Part shown: positions 19,163 to 28,989 of the stretch, piece after piece
How the letters are laid out: the number at the start of each line of letters is the position of its first letter
Numbering within the stretch: position 1 is the first letter of the stretch
The notes under the pieces: model-generated
Databases searched by the model: none
What the model saw: the letters and a program-made list of their open reading frames with translations, nothing else
Told to the model about the DNA's origin: nothing
From: Eubacteriales bacterium
Lineage (GTDB): Bacteria > Bacillota > Clostridia > Peptostreptococcales > T1SED10-28
DNA: 49,339 nt
Assembly (NCBI GenBank): GCA_041642335.1
Contig: JBEPWR010000001.1
Coordinates: forward strand, 1-49,339
Direction of reading: 5' to 3'
Translations under genes and position numbers: made by a program

Positions 19163-20578
19163 ATGAATTTTGCAGAAAAAAAAGAAATGATCTTAAAGGG
19201 AAAAATCCATAAAATCATTATTGCCCTTGCGGCTCCGATCATGTTTAATAATTTCATCCAGACGCTGTATAACCTTACCGATACTTACTGGGTCAGCCAG
19301 TTAGGTTCCGATGAGGTGGCGGCCATGACCCTGGTTTTCCCTGTGATCTTTTTAATTCTCTCCATTGCCATGGGGATGAATATGGCGGGAACATCGCTGA
19401 TTTCCCAGTATATCGGATCCAACCAGGAACACCGGGCGGATAAGGTGGCCTCCCAGCTATTTTCATTTTTACTGGTACTCTCCACAATCCTCGGTCTGGG
19501 AGGCTATTTTTTAACCCCGACCATTGTCAGCCTTATGGGTGGACAGGGGGATGTGCTCTTATACGGCTCCCAGTATCTTAGCATCATGTTTCTGGAAATG
19601 CCGGTGATTTTCATGTTTATCGTCTACAATGCCATCATGCAGGGTCAGGGAAACACCTTTACCCCGATGATTCTGAATGTGGGGGGGTCCTTACTGAATG
19701 TGGTCTTATCCCCCGTTTTTATTTTCGGACTGGGCCCCTTACCTTTTATGGGTATTCAGGGGGCTGCAGTTGCCACCTTGATCTCCCGGGCAATCTTTGT
19801 AAGCTACGGGATCTATACGTTGTTTATTCGAACCGACGGTGTCAACATTCGGAAAAAATACATTCTCCCGGATCCGAAAGTCTTAAAAAAAATCATCAAA
19901 GTCGGACTTCCCGCATCCATCGGCCAATCGGCGGCGGCTTTTGGTTTTATTATTTTAAATATGTTTGTCCTGAGCTACGGCGAATCGGCTTTGGCCGCCT
20001 TTGGTATCGGAAACCGTATTAACAGTGTGGTGATGATGCCGGCCATGGGCATCGGAAATGCCATTGCACCGATTATCGGCCAGAACCTGGGGGCGGATCA
20101 AATCCCCAGAGCCCGTTCCACTTTTAAAACCAGTATTCTTATGTCCACAAGCTTTATGGCGGTCGGAGGGTTTGCCGCTTTCTGGTTCTCCGAGTCCATC
20201 ATCAAGATCTTTGCCAGTGGCGACGCAAGTGTGATCGCTCTGGGTACCGATTATCTTCGCCTGATTTCTCTTTCCATACCGCTAATGGGAATCTTTCAAA
20301 TTCTCAACGGTACCTTTCAAGGCTCCGGGCACACCATGTACTCCATGTTTATCAATATGTTTCGGCTATGGGGAATTCGGATTCCGATGATTTATCTTCT
20401 CGGCCGCTTTACGGACCTCGGGGCCGATGCCATCTGGTACTCCATGGTAACCAGCAACTTTCTCATCTGTGTCATCGGGATGGGGATTTATCTGAAAGGA
20501 AATTGGGAAGAAAAAATCATCGATGAGGATGAGGAATCCCTGGAGGATACCTCCGACAACAAAGCCTTTGCTTCATAA
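19163..20578 (+). CDS. MATE family efflux transporter
   Basis: LAAPIM..QTLYNLTDTYWV, QGQGNT.TPM, GAAVAT, GQNLGA; about 12 TM; RBS-supported start at 19163 (or 19157). Confidence 0.93.
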   Translation: MNFAEKKEMILKGKIHKIIIALAAPIMFNNFIQTLYNLTDTYWVSQLGSDEVAAMTLVFPVIFLILSIAMGMNMAGTSLISQYIGSNQEHRADKVASQLFSFLLVLSTILGLGGYFLTPTIVSLMGGQGDVLLYGSQYLSIMFLEMPVIFMFIVYNAIMQGQGNTFTPMILNVGGSLLNVVLSPVFIFGLGPLPFMGIQGAAVATLISRAIFVSYGIYTLFIRTDGVNIRKKYILPDPKVLKKIIKVGLPASIGQSAAAFGFIILNMFVLSYGESALAAFGIGNRINSVVMMPAMGIGNAIAPIIGQNLGADQIPRARSTFKTSILMSTSFMAVGGFAAFWFSESIIKIFASGDASVIALGTDYLRLISLSIPLMGIFQILNGTFQGSGHTMYSMFINMFRLWGIRIPMIYLLGRFTDLGADAIWYSMVTSNFLICVIGMGIYLKGNWEEKIIDEDEESLEDTSDNKAFAS

Positions 20579-20583
20579 CGATC

Positions 20584-20620
20584 AACAGCCGGAAGGAGTG
20601 CTCCTTCCGGCTGTTTTTTT
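20584..20620. terminator. Terminator between convergent MATE and dUTPase genes
   Basis: AACAGCCGGAAGGAG / CTCCTTCCGGCTGTT followed by a T-run. Confidence 0.9.
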
Positions 20621-20652
20621 ATAATCCTAGGTTCTTTGGGCTAGGGAGAAAT

Positions 20653-21159
20653 TTAATATCCCATTTTCTGACGCTGATAGTTGATTTCATTTTTCTTCAT
20701 ATAATGCCCTTGAACTTCCTCTAAGGAAAAACCCAGGGCCTCTCCTAAATTAAAAAATTCCCCCAGTAGGGTATTGTAGTTCTCCAGTGTCGGCTGATTT
20801 CGAAAGCGGTCAATCACCGAAAAGAGGGCTAGAAACTGCTTTGTTGTTTCCTCTTTCGTCTCTTTGTTTTGATCAAAGGAAAGTTTTTGCCTTTGAAAGG
20901 ATTCTTCCAGTTTCTGCTCCAGACCCAAACTGAGGATGAAATGCAGACAGTCCACATACTCCTCCAGAATCACTGCTTTATCCGCGGGAGCCTTATGACT
21001 CCAAAACTTAAAACAACGGGTTTCATTTGCCAGTTCCCCTAATTCCACCTGCAATGCCAGAAGCTTTTTATTCCAGAGGGAAACCTCCTGCAGGTTATGG
21101 TTTTGTTCAATGTTTTGGTCCAAGCTTCTTTGTATTTCAAACAGTTCCTTGAGTTCCAA
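20653..21159 (-). CDS. Dimeric dUTP diphosphatase (dUTPase_2)
   Basis: LALQVELGELANETRCFKFWS, LEEYVDCLHF, KNEINYQRQ..GY. Confidence 0.9.
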   Translation of the reverse strand: MELKELFEIQRSLDQNIEQNHNLQEVSLWNKKLLALQVELGELANETRCFKFWSHKAPADKAVILEEYVDCLHFILSLGLEQKLEESFQRQKLSFDQNKETKEETTKQFLALFSVIDRFRNQPTLENYNTLLGEFFNLGEALGFSLEEVQGHYMKKNEINYQRQKMGY

Positions 21160-21250
21160 TGTATTACCTCCTATGGCTTTTTTATTATTATACTACATCA
21201 TTTTCTTTTTTCCCACCCTATGGTATAATCTGTTTATAGTTGAATACGAT

Positions 21251-21326
21251 CGCTAGGGGTGCCGTTGGCTGAGAGGATATTCTCCAACCCTTTAAACCTG
21301 TAGGTTAGTACCTGTGTAGGGAAGCT
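21251..21326 (+). ncRNA. TPP riboswitch
   Basis: GCTAGGGGTGC..GCTGAGA...ACCCTTTAAACCTG..AGGTTAGTACCTGTGTAGGGAAGC; upstream of thiT. Confidence 0.92.
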
Positions 21327-21333
21327 CAATACT

Positions 21334-21362
21334 GAGTGAACGCTGCCGTTCACTCTTTTTTG
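21334..21362 (+). terminator. Riboswitch expression-platform terminator
   Basis: GAGTGAACG-CTGC-CGTTCACTC-TTTTTT directly after the aptamer. Confidence 0.85.
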
Positions 21363-21410
21363 CATCCTAGGGATCATTTAATGAAAAGATTCTTGAAAGG
21401 ATGTGTTGTG

Positions 21411-22067
21411 ATGTTTGAAGACTTTGAAATTCGTTTAAGTGAAATTACCTTAGAGGTATGGATCATTCTCGGCGTGATGGTTCTTATGCCGATTCTCTTA
21501 CTGCTTTTCCATCGCAGTCGGAAAAAACAGGGCGGTCGACTGTTGCAGACAAAGGTTTTGGTATACGGAAGTCTTTGCGTTGCCCTTGCTTTTCTGCTCT
21601 CCTATATTCGTCTCTTTCGAATGCCCCAGGGAGGCAGTGTAACCTTAGCCGGAATGCTTCCGATTATTATTTTTGCCGTAGCCTTCGGCCCCTTACCCGG
21701 TATTCTGGCCGGTTTTGCGCTGGGACTCTTGAACCTGATCCAGGATCCCTACATTGTTCACTGGATGCAACTCTTCTTGGACTATCCCCTGGCTTTTGGC
21801 GCTGTCGGACTGGCTGGGATTTACACAAAACATCTTACGATCAGTGCACTGATTGGCGGCATCGGACGGCTGTCCATGAGTTTTTTGTCCGGGGTGGTAT
21901 TCTTTCGGGAGTTTACCCCCGAAGGCTGGAATGAATACCTCTACGCCCTGATCTACAATGGCTCTTATATCGGGGCGGAAATTTTCATCATTATTTTGGT
22001 CCTTCAGGTCCCCCAGGTGCAAACCGTATTAAAGCAGATGCGTAAAGGGACCCTGCTTTCCAATTGA
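21411..22067 (+). CDS. thiT: Thiamine ECF transporter S-component
   Basis: LSYIRLFRMPQGGSVT, HWMQLFLDYPLAF, SGVVFF.EF.PEG, YNGSY; TPP riboswitch upstream; extra N-terminal TM segment. Confidence 0.93.
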   Translation: MFEDFEIRLSEITLEVWIILGVMVLMPILLLLFHRSRKKQGGRLLQTKVLVYGSLCVALAFLLSYIRLFRMPQGGSVTLAGMLPIIIFAVAFGPLPGILAGFALGLLNLIQDPYIVHWMQLFLDYPLAFGAVGLAGIYTKHLTISALIGGIGRLSMSFLSGVVFFREFTPEGWNEYLYALIYNGSYIGAEIFIIILVLQVPQVQTVLKQMRKGTLLSN

Positions 22068-22177
22068 TTCCTGTATTTTCGATAATTGCCTGTTAACTCT
22101 TCTAATTATTGGTTATATATAAGCTAGGGCCGATTATTAGATGCCCAAAAAAATTTACCAATAGGAGGGTTTATTTT

Positions 22178-22552
22178 ATGGAAGGTTTCGGAAGTTTTTT
22201 TCAAACAGGTGATTGGAAAGGCGAAAAACATGTACCGGTAATTCACGCTCCAGAGAAAGTTAAGGCAGGAGAAAAAGTAGAACTTAAGCTATCAATCGGT
22301 GATGCAATTGGGCATCCGAATGAGTTTGAGCATTACATCTCCTGGGCTAAAATGATGTTTCTTCCTGATGGTGCGAAATTCCCCATTGAGCTGGCAAGCT
22401 TTGATTTTGCTGCCCATGGTGAAAGTGATATTTTCACGGAGCCCACAGGACTTACTACCGTAAAGCTTAAAAAGACCGGTACCCTTTATGCGATTATCTA
22501 CTGTAATATCCATGGCTTATGGATCAATAGCCAAAAAATCGAAGTAGAATAA
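22178..22552 (+). CDS. Superoxide reductase, neelaredoxin-type (class II SORL)
   Basis: EKHVP, HPNEFEHYISW, YCNIHGLW; no desulforedoxin domain. Confidence 0.92.
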   Translation: MEGFGSFFQTGDWKGEKHVPVIHAPEKVKAGEKVELKLSIGDAIGHPNEFEHYISWAKMMFLPDGAKFPIELASFDFAAHGESDIFTEPTGLTTVKLKKTGTLYAIIYCNIHGLWINSQKIEVE

Positions 22553-22612
22553 TCGGTTTTTTTACCAAATTGTTTGAAGTCTATTACCATGTAAATAAGT
22601 CTATTAATAGCT

Positions 22613-22643
22613 AAAAAGGAGATGCTGGGCATCTCCTTTTTTT
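22613..22643. terminator. Bidirectional terminator
   Basis: AAAAAGGAGATGC / GCATCTCCTTTTT. Confidence 0.88.
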
Positions 22644-22698
22644 GTTGCTCCTTAGGATCCCTCAAACGCTTTAAAATAAATTATCATCTTTTTGTTCT

Positions 22699-24138
22699 CT
22701 ATAGGATCGGAGAGAAAAGTCGGGCTAGGGATTCCTTTAAGCGATCCTTTATGGAACGTTTTTCGTATTCCGCCAGATACACCCGTTTGCTTTGGCGAAG
22801 ATCCGCAAAAAAATCGCCTTTGACCCGCTTGGTGATTTTATGGTCATAAATAAAGGCATTTACTTCAAAGTTCAGCTCCAAACTTCGAATATCCAAGTTT
22901 GCGGTACCGATGGAGGTTACATTGTCATCGGCCATAATAATTTTACTGTGGACAAACCCTTTTTGATATTGATAGATTTTCACTCCCGCCTCCAGGAGTT
23001 CCTTAAAATGGGATTTGGATGCCCAAAACACGGTTCGGTGATCCGCTACACTGGGCAGAAGGATTCGGACATCCACGCCTCGCAGTCCTGCGGTTTTTAG
23101 CGCCATCAGGATACCTTCATCGGGAATTAAGTAGGGGGTGGTAATATACACACTTTTCCTGGCTGAGGTAATTGCGGTAAAGTAGGCTTGCTGGATAGAA
23201 TGCCAGTACATATCTGGACCACTGGAAAGAATCTGGATCGCTTTTTCACCCTGGTAACCCTGTCTTGGAAAATACCGGGGATCATCCAGCTCTTCATTCC
23301 TTACGAAATACCAGTCTTTCAAAAAGATGGTCTGCAGTACATAGTTCGCCTCCCCCAAAATCTTTAAATGGGTGTCCCGCCAAAAGCCCAGAACCTTATC
23401 CCGGCCCAGATACTCATCGCCAATATTAATCCCTCCGGTAAAGCCCACTTTTCCATCCACCACCAGAATTTTTCGGTGATTTCGATAGTTCAGGCGGCTT
23501 CCGAAAAAGGGAAGGGTTACCGATAAAAACTCTTCTACCTGTACGCCCGCTTCGATCATCGGTGCAAAGTAGCTTCTGCCCAGTTTCCAGGACCCGACGG
23601 CATCATAAATCAGACGAACCGCAATGCCTTCTTTCGCTTTTTTAATCAAAGCCCGCTGAAACTTCCGACCGATTTCACTGTCTTTAATAATAAAATACTC
23701 CATATGGATATGATCCCTTGCCCCTTCAATTTCTTTTAACATCTCCGTAAAGGTCTGGGCTCCGTTATTTAAAATTTTTATCTCGTTATTGAAGGTAATG
23801 GGCGAATCGCCGTTTCGCAGTATTAAGGGGACCATCTTTGCCCGGGCGTCATGAAAATTTTTTTTAAAGAATTTTCCGTATTGGGTAAAGGTTATCTGGG
23901 TATCCAAGAGCCTTCTTAGTACCCGATAATCCTGCTTTCTTTTTTTGATAAAGGTTTTTTTCTTCCGATGATTCTGTCCTATATACAAATACAAAAATAT
24001 TCCGACCCCCGGCAGAAAAATCAAAACCAGAATCCACGCCATAGTTCGCGTCGGATTTCGGTTTTCTAAAATGATAAGAATACTAAGAACAATAACCGTC
24101 ACTGCGAATACTCCGCTTAGAATTCCAAAATAAGGCAT
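22699..24138 (-). CDS. cls: Cardiolipin synthase
   Basis: N-terminal PLDc_N TMs and two HKD motifs (NHRKILVVDG, HSKIIMADD). Confidence 0.96.
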   Translation of the reverse strand: MPYFGILSGVFAVTVIVLSILIILENRNPTRTMAWILVLIFLPGVGIFLYLYIGQNHRKKKTFIKKRKQDYRVLRRLLDTQITFTQYGKFFKKNFHDARAKMVPLILRNGDSPITFNNEIKILNNGAQTFTEMLKEIEGARDHIHMEYFIIKDSEIGRKFQRALIKKAKEGIAVRLIYDAVGSWKLGRSYFAPMIEAGVQVEEFLSVTLPFFGSRLNYRNHRKILVVDGKVGFTGGINIGDEYLGRDKVLGFWRDTHLKILGEANYVLQTIFLKDWYFVRNEELDDPRYFPRQGYQGEKAIQILSSGPDMYWHSIQQAYFTAITSARKSVYITTPYLIPDEGILMALKTAGLRGVDVRILLPSVADHRTVFWASKSHFKELLEAGVKIYQYQKGFVHSKIIMADDNVTSIGTANLDIRSLELNFEVNAFIYDHKITKRVKGDFFADLRQSKRVYLAEYEKRSIKDRLKESLARLFSPIL

Positions 24139-24153
24139 AAGACTCCTCCCATC

Positions 24154-25377
24154 TTATTTGTCAAATTTGGTTAGCTGTATTTTTTCCTCCGAGGCTAAGA
24201 TGATTTTAATGAGCCTGTCCAAAACTTTATCTTTATTAAATCGTAAGAGCAGCGCACTATTTTGGAAAAAGGTATCCGTACTTTTTTTCATCGGCATCTG
24301 ATGATTATTGATCTCTTCCATAAACTCGGCAAGGCTGTAAATATTAAAGAGCTCCACCTTCTCATGGGCCGCAATTTCCTCTAAAAGTGTCAAAACGATC
24401 TCTCCATAGGATACTTCTTTCCTACAGCCCAAAAGGGCAATCAGCTTCGGTACAAGTTCTTCCAACACCACACGGTTTTTCGGAAGATTCGTTGAAAATC
24501 CCAGGAGTTTCCCGATTTTCTCGATGGTCTCCTCTTTTAAATTCTGCAAAAATCCGATCCCTTCCAGATCCTCTATTCCTTCTTTCAAATAATAATTCTC
24601 TCCGTATAACCCCTGAAAAACTTTAAGCGTATCATAATATCCGAGCTTAATGTTATAGGCGGATTTTTCTTTCGATAGATCCAACATATTTCCCAAGTCC
24701 TGCTTTGGCTGAATATAGGTGACTTCCAGATCCTCAAAGTCTACTTTTTTAATCCGCCCCCTACTCATCAGTCGAACCGCCACCACTTTCTTGTACCCTT
24801 TCTTATAAAGCATATTGATCGGAAGGTTGTTGTAAAAACCTCCGTCAAGAAAGGTTTTCCCGTCTATTTTTTCAGGTTTGAAGATCGGCAAGTAGGATGA
24901 GGCCAGCAAATAGTCCGCCATTTTTCCTTCCGGCACTTCTTCCTTAAAGAGCTCTAAGGGTTTCAAATCCGTTAAGGAAACCGTAACAAAGCCGAAATCC
25001 TTGTTGGATTTTCGAATGGTCTCCTCTTTGGTGGAAGCTCGAATCATTTTTACCAATGGACCGATATCCAGTCCCACATCTTTAATAAGACGCTGGGCCT
25101 GCTCCAAAATAAACTGTATCTGATCGGACCGTATTCCGGTTTCCATGATCATATTATACAGTTTTGAATCAATGTTTAATATTTTTTCAGGGGCCAGCTC
25201 ATGCCATATCTCGTAGGCTTTTTCGTAGTCTTCCTGGATCATTAGTGCCCCGTTTAGGGCTCCGATCGAGGTTCCGGTTATACCGTCAAATTCCATCCCC
25301 AACTCCCGGAACGCTTTCCATGCACCGAACTGATAAGCGCCTTTGGCCCCTCCGCCTTCTAAGGATAATCCCAACAT
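24154..25377 (-). CDS. Patatin-like phospholipase
   Basis: EGGGAKGAYQ, GTSIGA, DGG; likely start at 25377. Confidence 0.92.
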   Translation of the reverse strand: MLGLSLEGGGAKGAYQFGAWKAFRELGMEFDGITGTSIGALNGALMIQEDYEKAYEIWHELAPEKILNIDSKLYNMIMETGIRSDQIQFILEQAQRLIKDVGLDIGPLVKMIRASTKEETIRKSNKDFGFVTVSLTDLKPLELFKEEVPEGKMADYLLASSYLPIFKPEKIDGKTFLDGGFYNNLPINMLYKKGYKKVVAVRLMSRGRIKKVDFEDLEVTYIQPKQDLGNMLDLSKEKSAYNIKLGYYDTLKVFQGLYGENYYLKEGIEDLEGIGFLQNLKEETIEKIGKLLGFSTNLPKNRVVLEELVPKLIALLGCRKEVSYGEIVLTLLEEIAAHEKVELFNIYSLAEFMEEINNHQMPMKKSTDTFFQNSALLLRFNKDKVLDRLIKIILASEEKIQLTKFDK

Positions 25378-25460
25378 AGTCTTTCCCTTCTCTCTTATAA
25401 ATTCTTCTTTGTATCCTATACCCATTATCCTCGAATTTGCATCAAAAAAAACCTTCCCCC

Positions 25461-26354
25461 TTACTCGGAAAGGTTTTTCTGTATTATTTTTTTCAATTTT
25501 GATAAGAGGGTTAAATTGCTTCCCAGGCTGAGCCCGTCCACAGTCATGGCTTGCCGCCTGCTGCAGCCGTCAACACCCCCAAGTTCCGTTAAGGTCTTTA
25601 GTAAGTGTACTTCTTCTTTTGCTTCCTGTAGTAAATCCATGCCACTAAGAATTGAAAGTCCGGCCACAAGGCCGTAGGCTCCCCAATTGGAAACCCCGGC
25701 AAGGATCAAAAACTCTGCTGCAGAAGTGGCAAAAATAAGATCGCCCTGATCCACATAAGAAACTCCCAGATCCCGAATCTTTCCCATACCCATTTCATTT
25801 CCCCCATCGCCGATAGCTAGGGTAATGATCTTTTGTGCCTTTGCCATTTCCATAAGGGGATCCAGATCCGCGACGTAAGCCGTGATGTCTTCGCCTCCCA
25901 TGGAATGATACTTTCCATCGACCCCTTTTCCAGGTCTTTCGATAGCGATCAAATGCGTGGGCTTAAAGTCTGTAAGGATCTTCTGAAGCTCGGTTTTTTT
26001 CGCATTCATCGGTACCGTATAAACCCTTGCATCGATTCCTTTTACCCTTCGTAATCCTTCCAGGATTTTTTTTGAGTATCCGTCGGTAACAATTAATACC
26101 TCTTTCCCTAAATCCTCCAGGGCTTTGGCTAAGGCCACCGCACCTAAGGGTCCATCACTTTCTCCCACCCCGCATATTGGAACGGTAAAACCGGTTACAA
26201 TTAAGATCCGACCCCCGTTATGTAGGGACAGCAGACCTTGATAGTAATCTTCAAAAGAGTTTAGACGCCGGGAAATTCCCCTTTTTCCTTCATCTTCACT
26301 AAAAGTGTTTTCTATTTCCCGAAAAGGCGCATCTTCAAAGGAAAAGACCTGCAT
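25461..26354 (-). CDS. DUF4392 / D-glutamate cyclase C-terminal-like protein
   Basis: IVTGF, ESDGPLGA, AIERPG..DG.Y.SM.G.DI, IGDGGNEMGMG, GVSNWGAY, VDG; RBS GGAGG before ATG 26354. Confidence 0.85.
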   Translation of the reverse strand: MQVFSFEDAPFREIENTFSEDEGKRGISRRLNSFEDYYQGLLSLHNGGRILIVTGFTVPICGVGESDGPLGAVALAKALEDLGKEVLIVTDGYSKKILEGLRRVKGIDARVYTVPMNAKKTELQKILTDFKPTHLIAIERPGKGVDGKYHSMGGEDITAYVADLDPLMEMAKAQKIITLAIGDGGNEMGMGKIRDLGVSYVDQGDLIFATSAAEFLILAGVSNWGAYGLVAGLSILSGMDLLQEAKEEVHLLKTLTELGGVDGCSRRQAMTVDGLSLGSNLTLLSKLKKIIQKNLSE

Positions 26355-26399
26355 AGGAAACCCTCCTCCCATAATTGAGTTTTTAATTATTTTTTCATG

Positions 26400-26430
26400 G
26401 TAAAAAGGGCCAGAAGTTCTGACCCTTTAC
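26400..26430 (-). terminator. Terminator-like hairpin between the TRAP permease and DUF4392 genes
   Basis: AAAAGGG-CAGAA / TTCTG-CCCTTT. Confidence 0.55.
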
Positions 26431-26446
26431 TGTTGGGGGAGAAAGA

Positions 26447-28408
26447 CTAAGATTCCTGAACCATAGCCTTTCCTTCTCTATTTCTCACTACTTGTAGTGC
26501 AACTACTGCAATTAGTATTACCAACCCGGCCAAATCAATCAATTTGTTCGGGTGGATCAAGAATAATGAGGCGGCCAGAAACATCAGCCGTTCATAAGCC
26601 TTGGTATTCGTCAAAAGATAACCCTGCACCGCAGCGCCAAAGGCGACTACACCGATACAAGCGGAAACGATCGCTAATGCCGCCTCGAAAAAGGTAACAT
26701 CAATCAGTAAGAGCTCAGGACTCAGGGCGAAAATATAGGGAATCAAAAAACCTGCGGAAGCCAGCTTCAATGCAGCGATCCCGGTTTTGAACGAATCCCC
26801 GCCGGCAATTCCCGCTCCCGCATAGGCGGCTAATGCAACGGGGGGCGTAACATCCGCAATAACACCGAAATACAGTACAAATAAATGTCCGGCAAGAAGG
26901 GGCACGCCGAGTTCCAGTAGAGCCGGCACGGCCATCGTTGCGAGAACAATATACTTAGCGGTGGTCGGTAGGCCAAGGCCGAGAATAATGGATGCCAACA
27001 TGGTTAAAAACAAGGTTGGTATCAGCATTCCACCGGCTAAACCGACAATGAGATTTGCAAAGGTCAGACCAAGACCGGTTAGGGTTACGACACCCACAAT
27101 AATTCCGGCGCAGGCACAGGCCGCTGCAACCCCGATCGCTTTTTTTGCTCCGTCTTCCAGAGCATGAAGGATTTTCGAAATATTTACCCGGGTGTGTTTT
27201 CTAAACATGCTGACAACCAGCGCAATAAGAATACTCCAATAGGCTGCCCGAAGGGGCGAGAACCGTATCAATAGAAATACTACGGCGATCAGTGGAATGA
27301 AGAGATGAAAGCCATCTTTCAAGACTTTTTTAAAGTCCGGTAAATCTTCCTTTTCCATTCCCTTCAGCCCTTTTTTCGAGGCCTGAAGATGAACCATGGT
27401 AATTACTCCAAGGTAATAGAGCAGTGCCGGTACCACTGCACTGACGACGATCTGAATATAAGGGATCCCGGTAAACTCGGACATGATAAAGGCTGCGGCT
27501 CCCATAACCGGTGGTAAAATTTGTCCCCCGGTGGAGGCTGCGGCTTCCACGGCTCCCGCAAAATTTGGTTGATATCCGACTTTTTTCATCAGCGGGATGG
27601 TAAAGGCACCGGTGGTTACGGTGTTGGCAATGGAACTTCCGGAAATGGATCCCATAAAACCGCTGGCAATAACCGCTGCTTTTGCAGGACCGCCTTTCCG
27701 GGTTCCCGCTCCGGCGAAAGCTATATCAATAAAAAACTGTCCTACGCCGGTGATCTCCAAAAATGAACCGAATAGAATAAACATAAAGACGTAGGAGGCG
27801 GAGACCCCTAAGGGCGTTCCAAAAATTCCTTCCGTCGTCATATACATTTGATTGACAATCCGCTGTATCGAGTATCCTCTATGTCCCAAGATTCCGGGAA
27901 TATAGGGCCCTACATAGGTATAGAGTAAAAAAACAACGGCAATAATCGGAAGCTGGGGTCCGATACTTCTTCGGGTTACTTCAAGGACCAGCAAAATGGC
28001 AATGACCCCCATAAACATATCCATGCTTGTGGGTCTTCCCATCCTTAGTACCAGCTCATCGAATACCAGCAAAATATATGCAGTGACCATAATCCCGCCT
28101 GCAGCGAAGATCCAGTCAAAAAATTGAATTTTCTTTTTATCAAACCGCTTGCTGGCAGGGTATAATAAAAACCCGAGAACCAACACAAACATTAAGTGTA
28201 CCGCCCGTTGCTTCATGGCCAGTAAAATTCCGAATCCGGCTGTATATAAATGGAATAGGGACATAATAATAGCAATCATGGTCACAGCCATTCCCAGCTT
28301 ACCGACTAATTTTCGAACATCCGATGAGACATCAAACTCCGCTAGCTTTTCATCCACATTAATCTCTACTTCTTCTTCCTGGGTGTTTTTAATTTCTTTA
28401 TCAGACAA
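26447..28408 (-). CDS. TAXI-TRAP transporter fused 4TM/12TM permease
   Basis: EGIFGTP, GGPAKAAV, SGSSIANTVTTG, GGQILPPVMGAAAF, GLPTTA.Y, TPPVALAAY. Confidence 0.95.
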   Translation of the reverse strand: MSDKEIKNTQEEEVEINVDEKLAEFDVSSDVRKLVGKLGMAVTMIAIIMSLFHLYTAGFGILLAMKQRAVHLMFVLVLGFLLYPASKRFDKKKIQFFDWIFAAGGIMVTAYILLVFDELVLRMGRPTSMDMFMGVIAILLVLEVTRRSIGPQLPIIAVVFLLYTYVGPYIPGILGHRGYSIQRIVNQMYMTTEGIFGTPLGVSASYVFMFILFGSFLEITGVGQFFIDIAFAGAGTRKGGPAKAAVIASGFMGSISGSSIANTVTTGAFTIPLMKKVGYQPNFAGAVEAAASTGGQILPPVMGAAAFIMSEFTGIPYIQIVVSAVVPALLYYLGVITMVHLQASKKGLKGMEKEDLPDFKKVLKDGFHLFIPLIAVVFLLIRFSPLRAAYWSILIALVVSMFRKHTRVNISKILHALEDGAKKAIGVAAACACAGIIVGVVTLTGLGLTFANLIVGLAGGMLIPTLFLTMLASIILGLGLPTTAKYIVLATMAVPALLELGVPLLAGHLFVLYFGVIADVTPPVALAAYAGAGIAGGDSFKTGIAALKLASAGFLIPYIFALSPELLLIDVTFFEAALAIVSACIGVVAFGAAVQGYLLTNTKAYERLMFLAASLFLIHPNKLIDLAGLVILIAVVALQVVRNREGKAMVQES

Positions 28409-28422
28409 TGGACTTCCTCCTT

Positions 28423-28989
28423 TCAGTGAAACAGACTTTCCAGTGTTGTCATGGTTTCCTCTTCAATCAATACTAAGCTTCCCATTTCTACAAATTTATT
28501 AAAATGGACTGGTGAATTTTCCTTATAAATAAAGCGGTGATCCGTGGTTCTTCCGGTCCGCATACGAATTTCGGGAATCCGCTCATTAATTCCGTCATTA
28601 ATATATCGTCCGTCAACCTGGGTAAAGCTTTCAAAGGCTTCCGTGGGCAATCCTGCCCCGAAGGACTCATATTCGGTTCGAAGCAGTAGTATTTCCCCTT
28701 CTTCCAAGGTAAATACATCCTTTACTTCCGTTCTTGCTACCGAGTGATCATAAACAATTGCAAATTCCACTAACTCTTCCTCCGGAAAAAAAAATAAGAG
28801 CTCATTTTCCGTGCTGATGGCTAAACCTTTAGCCGGCCAAAGCAGAAAAAGGATGATCATGGAAGTAATAATAAAAAAAATCGGGATATGCTTTTGTAAA
28901 TAAAGCAGGAGCAGGCACCGCTTATGCGGCACCTGATCTCTGCTATGAACCTTCCTACCGATATTCTTTCTTCTATTCCATTTCATCAA
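28423..28989 (-). CDS. DUF1850 family protein (TAXI-TRAP associated)
   Basis: YDHSVART, YESFGAGLP; sits between the TAXI SBP and permease; start uncertain. Confidence 0.85.
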   Translation of the reverse strand: MMKWNRRKNIGRKVHSRDQVPHKRCLLLLYLQKHIPIFFIITSMIILFLLWPAKGLAISTENELLFFFPEEELVEFAIVYDHSVARTEVKDVFTLEEGEILLLRTEYESFGAGLPTEAFESFTQVDGRYINDGINERIPEIRMRTGRTTDHRFIYKENSPVHFNKFVEMGSLVLIEEETMTTLESLFH

